Positions 1-9,776 are shown, numbered from the stretch's first letter. The stretch: 64,000 bases of DNA from an uncultured delta proteobacterium (GCA_963822965.1 CAWGJT010000012.1:96001-160000); one strand, 5' to 3'. Translations and numbers: made by a program. The notes: generated from the letters alone by a model not told the origin.

Positions 1-390
1 CAGGGCCTGGCCTACAGCGTCAGCTCCGTGAACGTCGAAGGGGTGGCCCCCGGGTTCCTCAGCGTCTACATCGCCACGGCGCCCGACAAGCTCGCCGACG
101 CGCAGCGGGGCATCCTGGTCGAGCTCGAGCGCCTGCTCGAGACCGCGCCCGGCGAGGAGGAGCTCACCCGGGCCCGTCGCTACCTGACCGGGAGCTTCGC
201 GATCGACGGCCAGCGCAACAGCAACCACGCCGCGCACGTCGCCCTCGACGGCCTCTACGGGCTCGGCCCCGAGGCCCACTACGACTACGCGAACCGCATC
301 GCGGCCGTGAAGGGAGACGACGTGCTCCGGGTGGCCCGGCGGGTGATCGACCTCGACGCCTACGTGCTGTCCCTGGTGGGCGACGTCTGA
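1..390 (+). CDS. M16 family (pitrilysin/PqqL-like) zinc peptidase, C-terminal part (5' end outside window)
   Basis: Frame open from base 1: QGLAYSVSS...GFLSVYIATAPDK...EELTRARRYLTG...DDVLRVARR, typical of the M16 C-terminal domain; HxxEH motif not in window. Confidence 0.8.
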   Translation, partial: QGLAYSVSSVNVEGVAPGFLSVYIATAPDKLADAQRGILVELERLLETAPGEEELTRARRYLTGSFAIDGQRNSNHAAHVALDGLYGLGPEAHYDYANRIAAVKGDDVLRVARRVIDLDAYVLSLVGDV

Positions 391-417
391 GCCGGCCCGT
401 GGGCTCGTCCGAGGCGC

Positions 418-2178
418 TCAGTAGCCCAGGGCGAGACCGTCGCGGCGGGGGTCGCTGCCGCCGTAGTGGATGCCCGTCTCGGGGTCGATCGTGATCGCCT
501 CGACGGCCGACCAGTCGCGCGGCGACACCTCCACGTGGTGGCCCCGCTCGCGCAGCCCGTCGATCACGTCGGCGGTGACCTCCGGCTCGACGTCGATGCG
601 GTCGGGCTGCCACTGGTGGTGGAAGCGCGGCGCCGAGACGGCGGCCTCCACGTCCATCCCGTAGTCCACCACGTTGAGGATGCTGAGCAGCGTGGAGGAG
701 ATGATCTTCGAGCCTCCCGGACTGCCCGTCACCATCACGACCCGCCCGTCCTTCTCCAGGATCGTCGGCGTCATGCTCGAGAGCGGTCGCTTACCCGGCG
801 CGATGGCGTTCGCGCCGCGGACGTCCACGAGGCCGTAGCTGTTGGGCACGTTCAGGGCCTTGGAGAAGTCGTCCATCTCGTTGTTGAGGACGATGCCGGT
901 GCCGCGCACCGTGATCCCGGAGCCGTAGGGGGTGTTGATCGTCTTCGTGATGGCGACCGCGTTCCCGAAGCGATCGGTGACCGAGAGGTGGGTGGTGCCG
1001 TGGTCCTCCACCGGAATGCCGGGCGCCTCGACGCGGATCGCCATCTCGCCCCGGAACCAGTGCCACGGCGCCCGCCGGAACCAGGGCGGATCGATGCGCG
1101 CCCGCTGGCTCGCCGCGTAGTCCTTGGAGATCAGCCTCTCGATGGGCATCTCGACGAAGTCCGGGTCGCCCAGGAACCAGGCCCGGTCGGCGAACGCGAG
1201 CTTCATGGTCTCCGCGATGAGGTGCAGGCTCGCGGAGCTTCCCGCGCCCCGGGCCGCCAGGTCGTCGTAGCCCTCCAGGATGTTGAGCATCTCGACGAGC
1301 AGCACGCCGCCGGACGAGGGCGGCGGGAACGAGATCACCTCGAGGCCGCGGTAGCTGCCCCGGATCGCCTGGCGTTCCACGGGCCGGTAGCCCGCCAGGT
1401 CGGTCGCCCGCAGGAGCCCGCCGCGCGCCAGCATCTCGCCTTCGATGGCCCGGGCGATGTCGCCCTGGTAGAAGACCGACGGCCCCTCCTCGGCGATGCG
1501 CGACAGGGTCTCCGCCAGATCCTTCTGGACCAGACGCCAGCCGGGCCGCGCCGGCTCGCCCGGCGGTGGGAACTGGATGCGCACCGTCTCCGGGAACGTC
1601 TCCGCCGGCAGATGGCCGCGCATGAACTCCATCAGGCGCACCGCGTAGGGGCCGACCTGGAAGCCCGTCTCGGCCAGCGCGATGGCCGGCTGCAGGCACT
1701 CCGAGAGGCTCTTCGTTCCGTATCGCTCGAGCGCCAGGTCGAGACCGGCGACCAGGCCCGGCGTGGCCACCGCCAGGGGGCCGGAGACCGAGGCGCGCGC
1801 CGCGACCCCGGGCCGCGCGTACATGTCGCTGCTGGCGGCGGCGGGTGCGGTCTCGCGCGCGTCGATCGCGGCCGCGTGTCCATCGGCGGTGCGGATCAGG
1901 ATGAAGGCACCGCCGCCGATGCCGGTCGAGAACGGCTGGGTGACGCCCAGCGCGAATGCGGCGGCGACGGCCGCGTCGACGGCGTTGCCCCCGGCCTCGA
2001 GGACCGCGACCCCTGCCCGGGTCGCATCCGCCTGGGAGGTGACCACCATTCCGTGGGGCGCCGCGGTCGGAGCCGGCCAGGCGGCGTCGACCGGCCGCGG
2101 GAAGCCGATCACGAGCACGAGGAGGATCAGGACTGAAACGAAGCGGCCATGCGGCCGATAGGAATGCAGGTCGCCCAT
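418..2178 (-). CDS. ggt: Gamma-glutamyltransferase, secreted
   Basis: GGNAVDAAVA, IDARETAP, autocleavage GTTHLSVTD, LNNEMDDF, PGKRPLSSMTPT, GSPGG, SDPRRDG; signal peptide after ATG 2178 (ORF track extends further upstream). Confidence 0.95.
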   Translation of the reverse strand: MGDLHSYRPHGRFVSVLILLVLVIGFPRPVDAAWPAPTAAPHGMVVTSQADATRAGVAVLEAGGNAVDAAVAAAFALGVTQPFSTGIGGGAFILIRTADGHAAAIDARETAPAAASSDMYARPGVAARASVSGPLAVATPGLVAGLDLALERYGTKSLSECLQPAIALAETGFQVGPYAVRLMEFMRGHLPAETFPETVRIQFPPPGEPARPGWRLVQKDLAETLSRIAEEGPSVFYQGDIARAIEGEMLARGGLLRATDLAGYRPVERQAIRGSYRGLEVISFPPPSSGGVLLVEMLNILEGYDDLAARGAGSSASLHLIAETMKLAFADRAWFLGDPDFVEMPIERLISKDYAASQRARIDPPWFRRAPWHWFRGEMAIRVEAPGIPVEDHGTTHLSVTDRFGNAVAITKTINTPYGSGITVRGTGIVLNNEMDDFSKALNVPNSYGLVDVRGANAIAPGKRPLSSMTPTILEKDGRVVMVTGSPGGSKIISSTLLSILNVVDYGMDVEAAVSAPRFHHQWQPDRIDVEPEVTADVIDGLRERGHHVEVSPRDWSAVEAITIDPETGIHYGGSDPRRDGLALGY

Positions 2179-2282
2179 GACGGGGCCGGACGCTACCACA
2201 GCCGTCGCACGCGAATCCGACGCCGGAACCCGGGAGAGGGATGAAGAGAGAAGGAAGAGAGAGAGGGGAAGGAAGAAGCAAC

Positions 2283-2933
2283 GTGAGAAGAGGGAGAACC
2301 CGGGCCGCACCCCTCGCGTGGGTCCTCGTCTTCGTCGCTGTGGCCGCGGCCGGCTGCGGCGACGACGCCACGCCCGCCGACTCCGCCGCGCCCCAGCCTG
2401 CCGCCTTCGCGTGGCCCGAGGGGCCGACTCCGCACGCCGTCCTCCACGTCCACGAGCTGGGCGACATCGAGATCGCGCTGTATCCGAGCCTGGCCCCGGA
2501 GACCGTGGCGAACTTCGTGCACCTGGCGGAGAGCGACTTCTACGACGGGACGACCTTCCACCGCGTGATCCCCGGCTTCATGATCCAGGGCGGCGACCCG
2601 AACACGAAGAACCGCGATCCGTCCGACGACGGCATGGGCGGCCCGGGCTACAAGATCGACGACGAGTTCAACGCGGCGCCTCACGTCCGCGGCGCGGTGT
2701 CGATGGCCAACACCGGTCACCCGAACACCGCCGGCTCGCAGTTCTTCATCGTGCATGCCGACTCGCCCCACCTCGACGGCAAGTACACGGTCTTCGGCCG
2801 GGTGGTGTCCGGCATGGACGTGGTGGACGCCGTCACGAAGGTGGACCTCGACGTCTACGGGCGCTGGGGTCCGAAGAACCGCCCGATCGCGGACGTCGTG
2901 ATCGACGACGTGGAGATCCGCCCGGCCGGCTGA
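2283..2933 (+). CDS. Cyclophilin-type peptidyl-prolyl cis-trans isomerase, lipoprotein
   Basis: [56 protein letters not shown]; lipobox AAGC; GTG start inferred. Confidence 0.93.
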   Translation: MRRGRTRAAPLAWVLVFVAVAAAGCGDDATPADSAAPQPAAFAWPEGPTPHAVLHVHELGDIEIALYPSLAPETVANFVHLAESDFYDGTTFHRVIPGFMIQGGDPNTKNRDPSDDGMGGPGYKIDDEFNAAPHVRGAVSMANTGHPNTAGSQFFIVHADSPHLDGKYTVFGRVVSGMDVVDAVTKVDLDVYGRWGPKNRPIADVVIDDVEIRPAG

Positions 2934-2936
2934 CGC

Positions 2937-4322
2937 CTACTGGGCGTAGCCCAGCGCGCGCAGCTTCTGGGCGATGCCCGGGTCGATGCGCACGTCGCTC
3001 TGCAGCACCCCGGGAGCCGGGGGACGGGCGAGATGCGCGTCGAGCCGCGCCCGCAGGTGCGCCGCCTCGCCGGGCTCGAGCTCCACGAGGTTCACGTTCT
3101 CTCCGGGATCCACGCTGCGGTCGTACAGGAACTCCGCCGGCTGCGGATCCGGCGGCACGTTCCGCGCGAAGGTCCAGTGGCCCGTATTGAGGGACGTCTG
3201 CACCGACGCGTCGAGGTAGAGCGGCAGGCCGAGCGCCGCGAAGCTCTCGCGGTCGGCGGCGGACTCGCCCCGGGCGGACGCCAGCACCAGGGGCACCAGG
3301 GACTCGCCCTCGAAGCCTTCGGGGATCGCGACGCCGGCGAGATCGAGCAGGGTCGGCGCCAGGTCGAGGTTGCGCACCTGGCTCTTCACCCGGACGGGCT
3401 CCACGGCGAACGGCAGGCGCACGACGAGCGGCACGCTGACGACGGCGGTCAGCACGTTGCGCGCGTGGCCGTGACGGCCATTCTCGCCGAAGGCCTCGCC
3501 GTGGTCGCTGGCCAGCACCAGCACGCTGTCCTCCAGCAGGCCGCGCGTCTCGAGGGCCTTCCGCACCCGGGACAGGGCGTCGTCCACCCAGCGAACGGCG
3601 CTGCGGTAGTTGCCCCGGGCATCGGTGCCGTCCCGCTTGAACTCGTTCGGGGACGCGTACTCGTGCACATCCATGAAGTGGAGATAGAGAAAGAACGGAC
3701 GGTCGCCGGGCAGCGCGTCGAGGATGCGGACCGTCTCCTCGAGCACCCGGTCGGCGTGGGCCCAGACCGTGGACTTGGGAATGCGGCTCGCCTCGCCCTT
3801 CGGGCTGCTGGGAAACACGTAGCGGTCGAAGCCCTGGTGGAAGCCGAAGGTCTGGTGCAGCCATCCGTTCGTCTGCACGCCGTAGGTCGCGTAGCCGGCC
3901 TGCTGCAACACCTCGGCCAGGGTGAGCGCCCCCTCGCCCAGACCGTCGCCGTAGGCGCGAATGGCGTGGCTGTGGGGCCAGAGCGAGGTCATCAGCGACG
4001 CCATGGACATCTTCGTCCAGCTCGATTGCGAGCGGGTGCGCTCGAAGACGATGCCGCGATCGGCCCAGGCGGCGAGCTCGGGGGTGGTGTCGAGCGCCGG
4101 GGCGTAGGGGGTCGTGGCGTCTGCGCGCAGGGTGTCGACCACGACCAGGACGAGGTTCGGGCGCTCGAGCGCGTCGATCCGTTGGCCCAGCTCCGCGGGT
4201 CCCACCGGCCGTTCGCAGGCCAGGGCGGCCACCGCCAGCAGCGTCCCCGCCGCGAGGCCCGCCGCGCGCCAGCCGCGCGGGGCCGCCACGCGGCGCCTAC
4301 TGCAGCTCGCCGAACGCTTCAT
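2937..4322 (-). CDS. Sulfatase-like (alkaline phosphatase superfamily) hydrolase/transferase, probable lipoprotein
   Basis: VVVDTLRAD, SSWTKMSMASLMTS, YLHFMDVH, ASDHGEAFGE, LDLAPTLLDL, LYD..DPGE..NL, LRALGY; signal peptide ending LAC; start ATG 4322 overlaps the TPR gene end. Confidence 0.85.
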   Translation of the reverse strand: MKRSASCSRRRVAAPRGWRAAGLAAGTLLAVAALACERPVGPAELGQRIDALERPNLVLVVVDTLRADATTPYAPALDTTPELAAWADRGIVFERTRSQSSWTKMSMASLMTSLWPHSHAIRAYGDGLGEGALTLAEVLQQAGYATYGVQTNGWLHQTFGFHQGFDRYVFPSSPKGEASRIPKSTVWAHADRVLEETVRILDALPGDRPFFLYLHFMDVHEYASPNEFKRDGTDARGNYRSAVRWVDDALSRVRKALETRGLLEDSVLVLASDHGEAFGENGRHGHARNVLTAVVSVPLVVRLPFAVEPVRVKSQVRNLDLAPTLLDLAGVAIPEGFEGESLVPLVLASARGESAADRESFAALGLPLYLDASVQTSLNTGHWTFARNVPPDPQPAEFLYDRSVDPGENVNLVELEPGEAAHLRARLDAHLARPPAPGVLQSDVRIDPGIAQKLRALGYAQ

Positions 4323-6807
4323 CGACCTGCCGGGCGAGACCGGGATCCGAGACCGCGCGCGCGCGCAGCTCCTGCAGCAGCCGGCGCGCGTCGTCGGGGC
4401 GATCCGCCCGGGTGTAGGCGCGCGCCAGGTGGAGCTGCACGACGGGATGCTCGGGCAGGCTGCCGTGGGCGTCCTCGAGCAGCGAGACCCCGCGCCCCAC
4501 CAGCCCCTTCTCGACGTACAGCCAGCCCAGGGTGTCCGCCACGTAGGGATCGTCGCCGGCGATCGCGTAGGCCTCCTGGGCGGCGGCCAGCGCGCCGTCC
4601 AGGTCTCCCTTCGCGTGCAGCAGCTCGGCCAGGTTGTTGCGCGGCTCGAAGAATCGCTCGTCCCGGGCCGCGGCCTGGCGATAGGCGGCGACCGCCTCGT
4701 CCACCCGCCCGACCCCCTGCTGCCCGACGGCCAGGTAGTAGAGCAGGCGCGCGTCGTCCGGTCGCACGGCCAGGTAGCGCTGGCAGTCCTCGACCGCGCC
4801 CGGGAAGCGCCCCGTCGACAGCCGGAACTCGGCACGCATGCGCAGGGGCGCGAGCACGTCGGGGGCCAGCTGCAGGGCGCGATCCACGGCCGCGTCGCCC
4901 GCCACCGCGTCGCCCTGCTGGTAGAGCAGCGCCGCGCGGGCGGTGTGCAGGCGCGCCGAGTCCGGACTCTCGCCGAGGGCCTCGCGCAGCAGCGAGAGCC
5001 CCTCCTCGGTGCGACCCGCCATGGCGAGCGCCGTGGCCCGGGTGGCGGCGATCTCGGGCGTGGAGCCTCCGGCCTCGGCGGCCTCGCCCAGCACCGAGCC
5101 CGCCTCGTCGAAGCGTCCCTGGGCGATGAGCGCCTGGGCGAGCAGCGGCGCCAGGCGCTCGTCGTCGGGGAAGAGCTGCCGGGCCTGACGGGCCAGGGCC
5201 TCGGCGCGCGCCCCCTCGCCGAGCTGGAGGAGGCCGGTCACCAGGGACACCCAGCCCGACTCGTCCCCGCCGTTGCGGCGCACGAGCATCTCCGCGTAGG
5301 CGGCGACGTCCCGCCAGGCACCCCGCCGCTCGGCCAGCAGCATGAGCGCGCGGTACGCGGCGGGCTGGGTGGGATCGCGCAGCACCGAGACGCCGTAGCG
5401 CCGCATCGCCCCCTCTTCGTCTCCCGAGAGCTCGAGCGCGCGCCCCAGCCAGAACTGGGTGGCCGCATCGTCGAGGCGCGGGACCACCTGCATCAGGCGC
5501 TCGGTGGCGGCGCCGGCGTCTCCTTCCGCCAGCTCGATGCGCGCCTCCAGGAACTGCACCTCGGGCTCGAGAGGGTCGAGGTCGCGATAGCGACCGAACT
5601 CCGCGCGCGCCTCGTCGAGGTTGCCGGCGTCGAGCCAGGCCTCGGTGAGGTGCCGCCGCAGCGGATGCACGTCGGGGAAGTCGCGCACGGCGTCGGCGAA
5701 TACGCGCACCGCCTCTTCGGGTCGACCCTGGCCGAGATAGAAGCGTCCGAGCACGAGCGCCGCGCTGGGAGACGGAGCCTTCTCGACGAACGCGACGAGC
5801 GCCGCCTCCGCAGCGGCGAGGTCGTTCCGCGCGATCTGCAGCTGGGCGACCGTGGGCAGCAGCCCGACGAGGGCAGGATCATCGGCCAGCGCGGCCTCGA
5901 GCTTCTCGATCCCCTCGTCGGCGCGGCCCGTCTGGAGGTACGCGTCCGCCAGGCTCTGCCACAGGGCCACGTCCGCCGGGTCCTCGCCGACGAGCCGCTC
6001 GAGCGCGGCCAGGGACGCCTCCATCTGGGTGCGGGCCGCCTGGGTCGCCCGGGCGCGGGACGCCTCGTCGCTGCCCGCCTCGCGCACCGCCTGCAGGGCC
6101 GCACGCAGCTCGGCGCCGTGCAGCCACGCCTCGATGCGACGCAGGTGCGGCCGCAGCTCGTCGTCGGCTCCGCCGCGCGCCTCCTCGAGCGCCTTCCGGG
6201 CGGCTTCGACCCGGTTCTCGCGCAGCAGGGTGGTGATGCGCACCAGCCGGAACTGCGAGAGATCGGGATAGCGCTTCTCCCCCGCCTCGAGCACCTCGAG
6301 GGCCGCGTCGAGATCGCCCAGCTGCAGCTGCGCCTGGGCCAGCACCAGCAGCGCCGCGGGATGCTCCGGGGAATCCGCGGGCACGAGGCCCGCGGCGCGG
6401 CGCGCCTTCACGGCGTCGTTCACCAGCAGCGCCGCGCTGGCCAGCGCCACGCGCAGATCGTCGCGCTCGGGGAAGCGGTCGAGCCCCTCCTCGAGCATCC
6501 ACACCACCTGCGGCGCCTCGCCCGCCTGCACCAGCAGCCGGCTCAGCTCGAGGAGCGCCTCCGGCGTCTCGGGCTGGGAGGCGCGCAGGCGCTCGAGGGC
6601 GGCCACGGCATCCGCCCGCTGTCCCTGCTCGAGCGCCTTCTCCGCCGCGGCGCGCGCCTGCTCGCTTCGCTCCTCGGGCGAGGGACAGCCCGCGAAGGGC
6701 GCGCAGCAAAGCACCAGCGCCAGCAGGGAGACGCATCGGCGGCGCGGGCACGCGGGGACGCGAGGGGCAGGAAGCGAGACGCGAGAAGGGAGGAGACCGG
6801 GAAGCAT
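4297..6807 (-). CDS. TPR-repeat lipoprotein, PrsT-like (PEP-CTERM system associated)
   Basis: 836 aa of continuous TPR-like helices; lipobox-like FAGC; C-terminal NNLAELL...AY...P.VADTLGWLY...LHLARAY pattern as in PrsT; directly downstream of a PEP-CTERM gene. Confidence 0.75.
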   Translation of the reverse strand: MLPGLLPSRVSLPAPRVPACPRRRCVSLLALVLCCAPFAGCPSPEERSEQARAAAEKALEQGQRADAVAALERLRASQPETPEALLELSRLLVQAGEAPQVVWMLEEGLDRFPERDDLRVALASAALLVNDAVKARRAAGLVPADSPEHPAALLVLAQAQLQLGDLDAALEVLEAGEKRYPDLSQFRLVRITTLLRENRVEAARKALEEARGGADDELRPHLRRIEAWLHGAELRAALQAVREAGSDEASRARATQAARTQMEASLAALERLVGEDPADVALWQSLADAYLQTGRADEGIEKLEAALADDPALVGLLPTVAQLQIARNDLAAAEAALVAFVEKAPSPSAALVLGRFYLGQGRPEEAVRVFADAVRDFPDVHPLRRHLTEAWLDAGNLDEARAEFGRYRDLDPLEPEVQFLEARIELAEGDAGAATERLMQVVPRLDDAATQFWLGRALELSGDEEGAMRRYGVSVLRDPTQPAAYRALMLLAERRGAWRDVAAYAEMLVRRNGGDESGWVSLVTGLLQLGEGARAEALARQARQLFPDDERLAPLLAQALIAQGRFDEAGSVLGEAAEAGGSTPEIAATRATALAMAGRTEEGLSLLREALGESPDSARLHTARAALLYQQGDAVAGDAAVDRALQLAPDVLAPLRMRAEFRLSTGRFPGAVEDCQRYLAVRPDDARLLYYLAVGQQGVGRVDEAVAAYRQAAARDERFFEPRNNLAELLHAKGDLDGALAAAQEAYAIAGDDPYVADTLGWLYVEKGLVGRGVSLLEDAHGSLPEHPVVQLHLARAYTRADRPDDARRLLQELRARAVSDPGLARQVDEAFGELQ

Positions 6808-6866
6808 CGGGTGCCGGAAGACTCTACAGCAGCCGCCCCTCCGCGGTCGCTTCGCGTGGCAGAAGC

Positions 6867-6899
6867 AGGACGGGCCCCGGCGTGGCCGGGGCCCGTCCT
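6867..6899 (-). terminator. Stem-loop after the PEP-CTERM gene (terminator or mRNA stabiliser)
   Basis: Perfect 15-bp inverted repeat AGGACGGGCCCCGGC-GTG-GCCGGGGCCCGTCCT, about 30 nt past the stop codon; only a weak U-tract. Confidence 0.6.
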
Positions 6900-6930
6900 C
6901 GATCGGGAACGAAGCCGAAGGATTCGTCGT

Positions 6931-7602
6931 CTAGCGCCGGCGTCGCGCGTATCGGCGGGCGCCGGCCAGGCCCACGAGCCCGAGCCACACCAGCGAAGCC
7001 GTGCCCGGCTCGGGCACCACGGTGCGGCTGATCTCGGTCAAGGTGAGGTGAACGCTCAGGGGCAGGCTCGAGAAGGTGCCGAAGCCGCCGCCGAGGGTCA
7101 GGGTGCCGTTGTTGGGATTCCCGTTCACACCGCTCACCACGTTCGCGAGGATGGTGTTGAAGGGCAGCGTGATCGGAAGCGTCACCGACGCCGGAATCGA
7201 AGCCAGGGTCATACACGCGCCCGTGCAGTGGATCAGGCCCGTGGCCGAGCCGGCGAACGGCAGCGTGATGTTGTTGGCCGTGAGCGCGCCGTTGGGATTG
7301 CCACCGACGACGGCGGTGGCGAAGCCCGTGAACTGCGCGGCGCTCAGCACGTTGAAGCTCAGCGGACCGCCGGCGACGGCGGACAGCACCCGCCCGGGGC
7401 CCGGATCGATCGAGTTGCCGCTGGCGGTGGCATTCGCGTAGCGGATGCGCGCGTTGCCCGACAGCGTGCCGAGGGTGAGCGAGAGCGCCGGCAGGGTGAT
7501 GGTGCCGGTCAGCGCGTAGTTCACCTCCACCGGAACGGCCTGGGCCGCGGGCGCGAGCCCCAGCAGAACGAGCAACCCCGTCGCAAGCACAGCCTTCTTC
7601 AT
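6931..7602 (-). CDS. PEP-CTERM sorting-signal surface protein (Thr/Gly/Ser-rich)
   Basis: RBS GGAGGAG, signal peptide MKKAVLATGLLVLLGLAPAAQA, C-terminal VPEPGTASLVWLGLVGLAGARRYARRRR. Confidence 0.93.
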   Translation of the reverse strand: MKKAVLATGLLVLLGLAPAAQAVPVEVNYALTGTITLPALSLTLGTLSGNARIRYANATASGNSIDPGPGRVLSAVAGGPLSFNVLSAAQFTGFATAVVGGNPNGALTANNITLPFAGSATGLIHCTGACMTLASIPASVTLPITLPFNTILANVVSGVNGNPNNGTLTLGGGFGTFSSLPLSVHLTLTEISRTVVPEPGTASLVWLGLVGLAGARRYARRRR

Positions 7603-7832
7603 GGCAGCATCTCCTCCCCGGGGCGTCCCGGGAGTCCCAGCGGGCGGTCCCCGCGTGGGGCCCACCGATCCGACTCCGCTGCGCGTCCCAACCGGACCGC
7701 GATCCAGCGGCCCGCTCACGACCGATCCGACAGGAAGAAGGGAGGCAGACGCGGACCCGGGCGCGGAACGCACACCGATCACGCGCGCGCGATCCCCTTC
7801 CCAAGAGACCGATGAAGCGCGTCACTTTGTAG

Positions 7833-7848
7833 TGCAATTGCCATACCC
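7833..7848 (-). promoter_or_regulatory. Sigma-54 (-24/-12) promoter for the PEP-CTERM gene
   Basis: Minus strand GGGTATGGCAATTGCA = GG-N10-GC with TTGCA, in an AT-richer patch; partial IHF-like AATCAA just upstream (7863-7868); PEP-CTERM genes are commonly sigma-54 driven. Confidence 0.6.
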
Positions 7849-8185
7849 ATCCCGGATGTCTTTGATTCCGGCAGCTTGGCGGCCTGCCGGGGGGCGCGAA
7901 GGGAAGCGGCGTTCCGCCGGGGTGGAAGCCTGCTTCCATCCCCGGACCGTCCCGGGCCGCCAGCCCCCCGGATCCCGTCCCCTTCCGTCGCTTCTCGGCC
8001 GCAAGGGCCGGCCGCGAGCCCCGCCCTGGACCGCGCCAGAGCCACGCGAAGGAGCCCGAACACGCCACCGGCGCGAGCAGGGCATTCCCAGCAATATCGG
8101 AGACTTGCGGAGCACCCGGCCGACCCCGCCCCCGCCGTCGCCGTCTAGCCGCCGCCCCGGCGACCGGCTAAGGTCCGGCCCCCGT

Positions 8186-8261
8186 GGCCCGGTAGCTCAG
8201 CTGGTAGAGCACGCGACTGAAAATCGCGGTGTCGGCGGTTCGATCCCGCCCTGGGCCACCA
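8186..8261 (+). tRNA. tRNA-Phe (GAA)
   Basis: 76-nt cloverleaf: acceptor GGCCCGG/CTGGGCC, D-arm AGCTCAGCTGGTAGAGC, anticodon stem CGCGA/TCGCG with loop CTGAAAA, T-loop TTCGATC, encoded CCA. Confidence 0.98.
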
Positions 8262-8399
8262 CGGGATTTCAGGCGCGCCGCGGCGCGGCTTGGCGGCATC
8301 GGCCGCGCGTCCAGGGCTTCCCGATTCGGCCTGGCATCGCGCTCCGGCAAGCGGAGGGAGCCTGTTGGGCTCCCCTTGCGGCGGAACTGCGAGGGCGTG

Positions 8400-8784
8400 C
8401 TCCCAGAGCCGGATGCACCAGACCCCGACGTTGACGTCCAGGTGGGTACCCGACGGGCTGTAGAAGCCGAAGGCCCAGGAGCTGCCGCCGACCAAGTCGA
8501 AGGGCCCATTGTTCCAGTGGTTCAGGCTGGCGCGGCGCCGACCCCCGTTCGCTCCCTTCTGACGCCAGGTGCCGCTCACGGCCGAGGAGCCGGACGGGCA
8601 GCTCACGACGACCTCCTCGGCCCGTGAGCAAGATGCGGTCCTGCACGAACCGGAGATCGATCCTGCTCTGTGTGGCGGCATCTGCGGCGAGCTGGGTCGT
8701 ACCCACGGCGCCGAGCGCGAGCTTCGCGTTGGTCACGCTGCTGCCGGCGAGCCGGAGGGTGTCTACCGTCGTCCGGTGAGCGAT
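8400..8784 (-). pseudogene. Frameshifted remnant of a secreted/fibre-like protein (decapeptide repeats plus Cys-containing C-terminal module)
   Basis: One frame gives LAGSSVTNAK-LALGAVGTTQ-LAADAATQSR-IDLRFVQDRI; near 8620 a second frame continues EEVVVSCPSGSSAVSGTW...VGVWCIRL; coding-like GC3, no clean start or stop. Confidence 0.45.
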
Positions 8785-8909
8785 CGAATGCGACCGTGCT
8801 TGAAGTCGCGACGCTTCGCGGGGTAGCATGCTTCGATGACCCGGTGGCGATCTTTCGTGCATGGAGCCCATTCCCCGGCGCGAGTACCTCGAGGCGACGG
8901 AGTGTGGGC

Positions 8910-9776
8910 ATGATTCTCTCGGAAGCGCCTTCTCGCGCCGGCCAGCGGCCGCGCAGGGCCCGGCGACTCTTCACGCTCGTGGCGGCGGCGGCGACCCTGG
9001 GCCTGGCGGCGTCTCCGGCGTGGGCGGTCGACGGCACCATCGAGATCAACCAGGCGATTGCCCTTGCGGGTGGGGCCGGGCCGGGTGATTCGGCTGGATT
9101 CCCGGTCACCCTCGCCGCGGCGGGAAGCTATCGCCTGACCGGGAATCTGGTGCTGCCGAGCACCGTGGGCATCCGGGGCATCGAGGTGACGGGAGGCCCC
9201 GTTCGGATCGATCTCAACGGCTTCTCGATCCTGGGGCCCGGCACCTGCACCGGCATTCCACCCAGCTGCTCCGGCAACCAGGGCGTCGTCGGCATCGAGA
9301 TCTCTACGAGCCAGCCCGTTCGCATCGAGAACGGCACGCTGACGGGGCTCCTCACCGCCGTCAACGCGCTGAACACCACCGGGAACGAGACGCGCTCGAC
9401 GGTGCTCGAGCATCTCTCCATCGAGGGCAACGCCGGGACCGCGGTCTTCATGAGCGGCAACGGCTCTTCGGTAATCCGGGACTGCCAGATCAACCGCAAC
9501 GGCCTGCTGGGCGTGGACATCGATCTCGGCCATACGGTGCTCGTCGATGGCGTGACGTTCCGCAGCAACGGAAGCACGGCGATCGACTCCCAGGGATCGG
9601 GGAGCCTGGTGCGCAACAGCCACTTCGTCGGCAATGCCACGGGCATCCGCTCGTTCTTCATCAGTCCCTCGAGCGCGCTCGTCTACGGGGGCAACTACTT
9701 CTACGCCAACACCACGGACGTGGTCGGCGGCACGCAGCTCGGGCCGAACCTGTGCGGCTCGTCCCCGTGCCCGTAG
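8910..9776 (+). CDS. Secreted right-handed parallel beta-helix protein
   Basis: Signal peptide ending SPAWA; N-terminal VDGTIEINQ...GDSAGFPVTL...GSYRLTGNL, IDLNGFSI.GP; Asn/Gly beta-helix repeats; ends NLCGSSPCP. Confidence 0.85.
   Translation: MILSEAPSRAGQRPRRARRLFTLVAAAATLGLAASPAWAVDGTIEINQAIALAGGAGPGDSAGFPVTLAAAGSYRLTGNLVLPSTVGIRGIEVTGGPVRIDLNGFSILGPGTCTGIPPSCSGNQGVVGIEISTSQPVRIENGTLTGLLTAVNALNTTGNETRSTVLEHLSIEGNAGTAVFMSGNGSSVIRDCQINRNGLLGVDIDLGHTVLVDGVTFRSNGSTAIDSQGSGSLVRNSHFVGNATGIRSFFISPSSALVYGGNYFYANTTDVVGGTQLGPNLCGSSPCP

Noticed and set aside
4114..7815. 1233-aa plus-strand ORF
   Set aside because: Antisense shadow of the TPR and PEP-CTERM genes; stop codons are scarce at this GC content and there are no motifs
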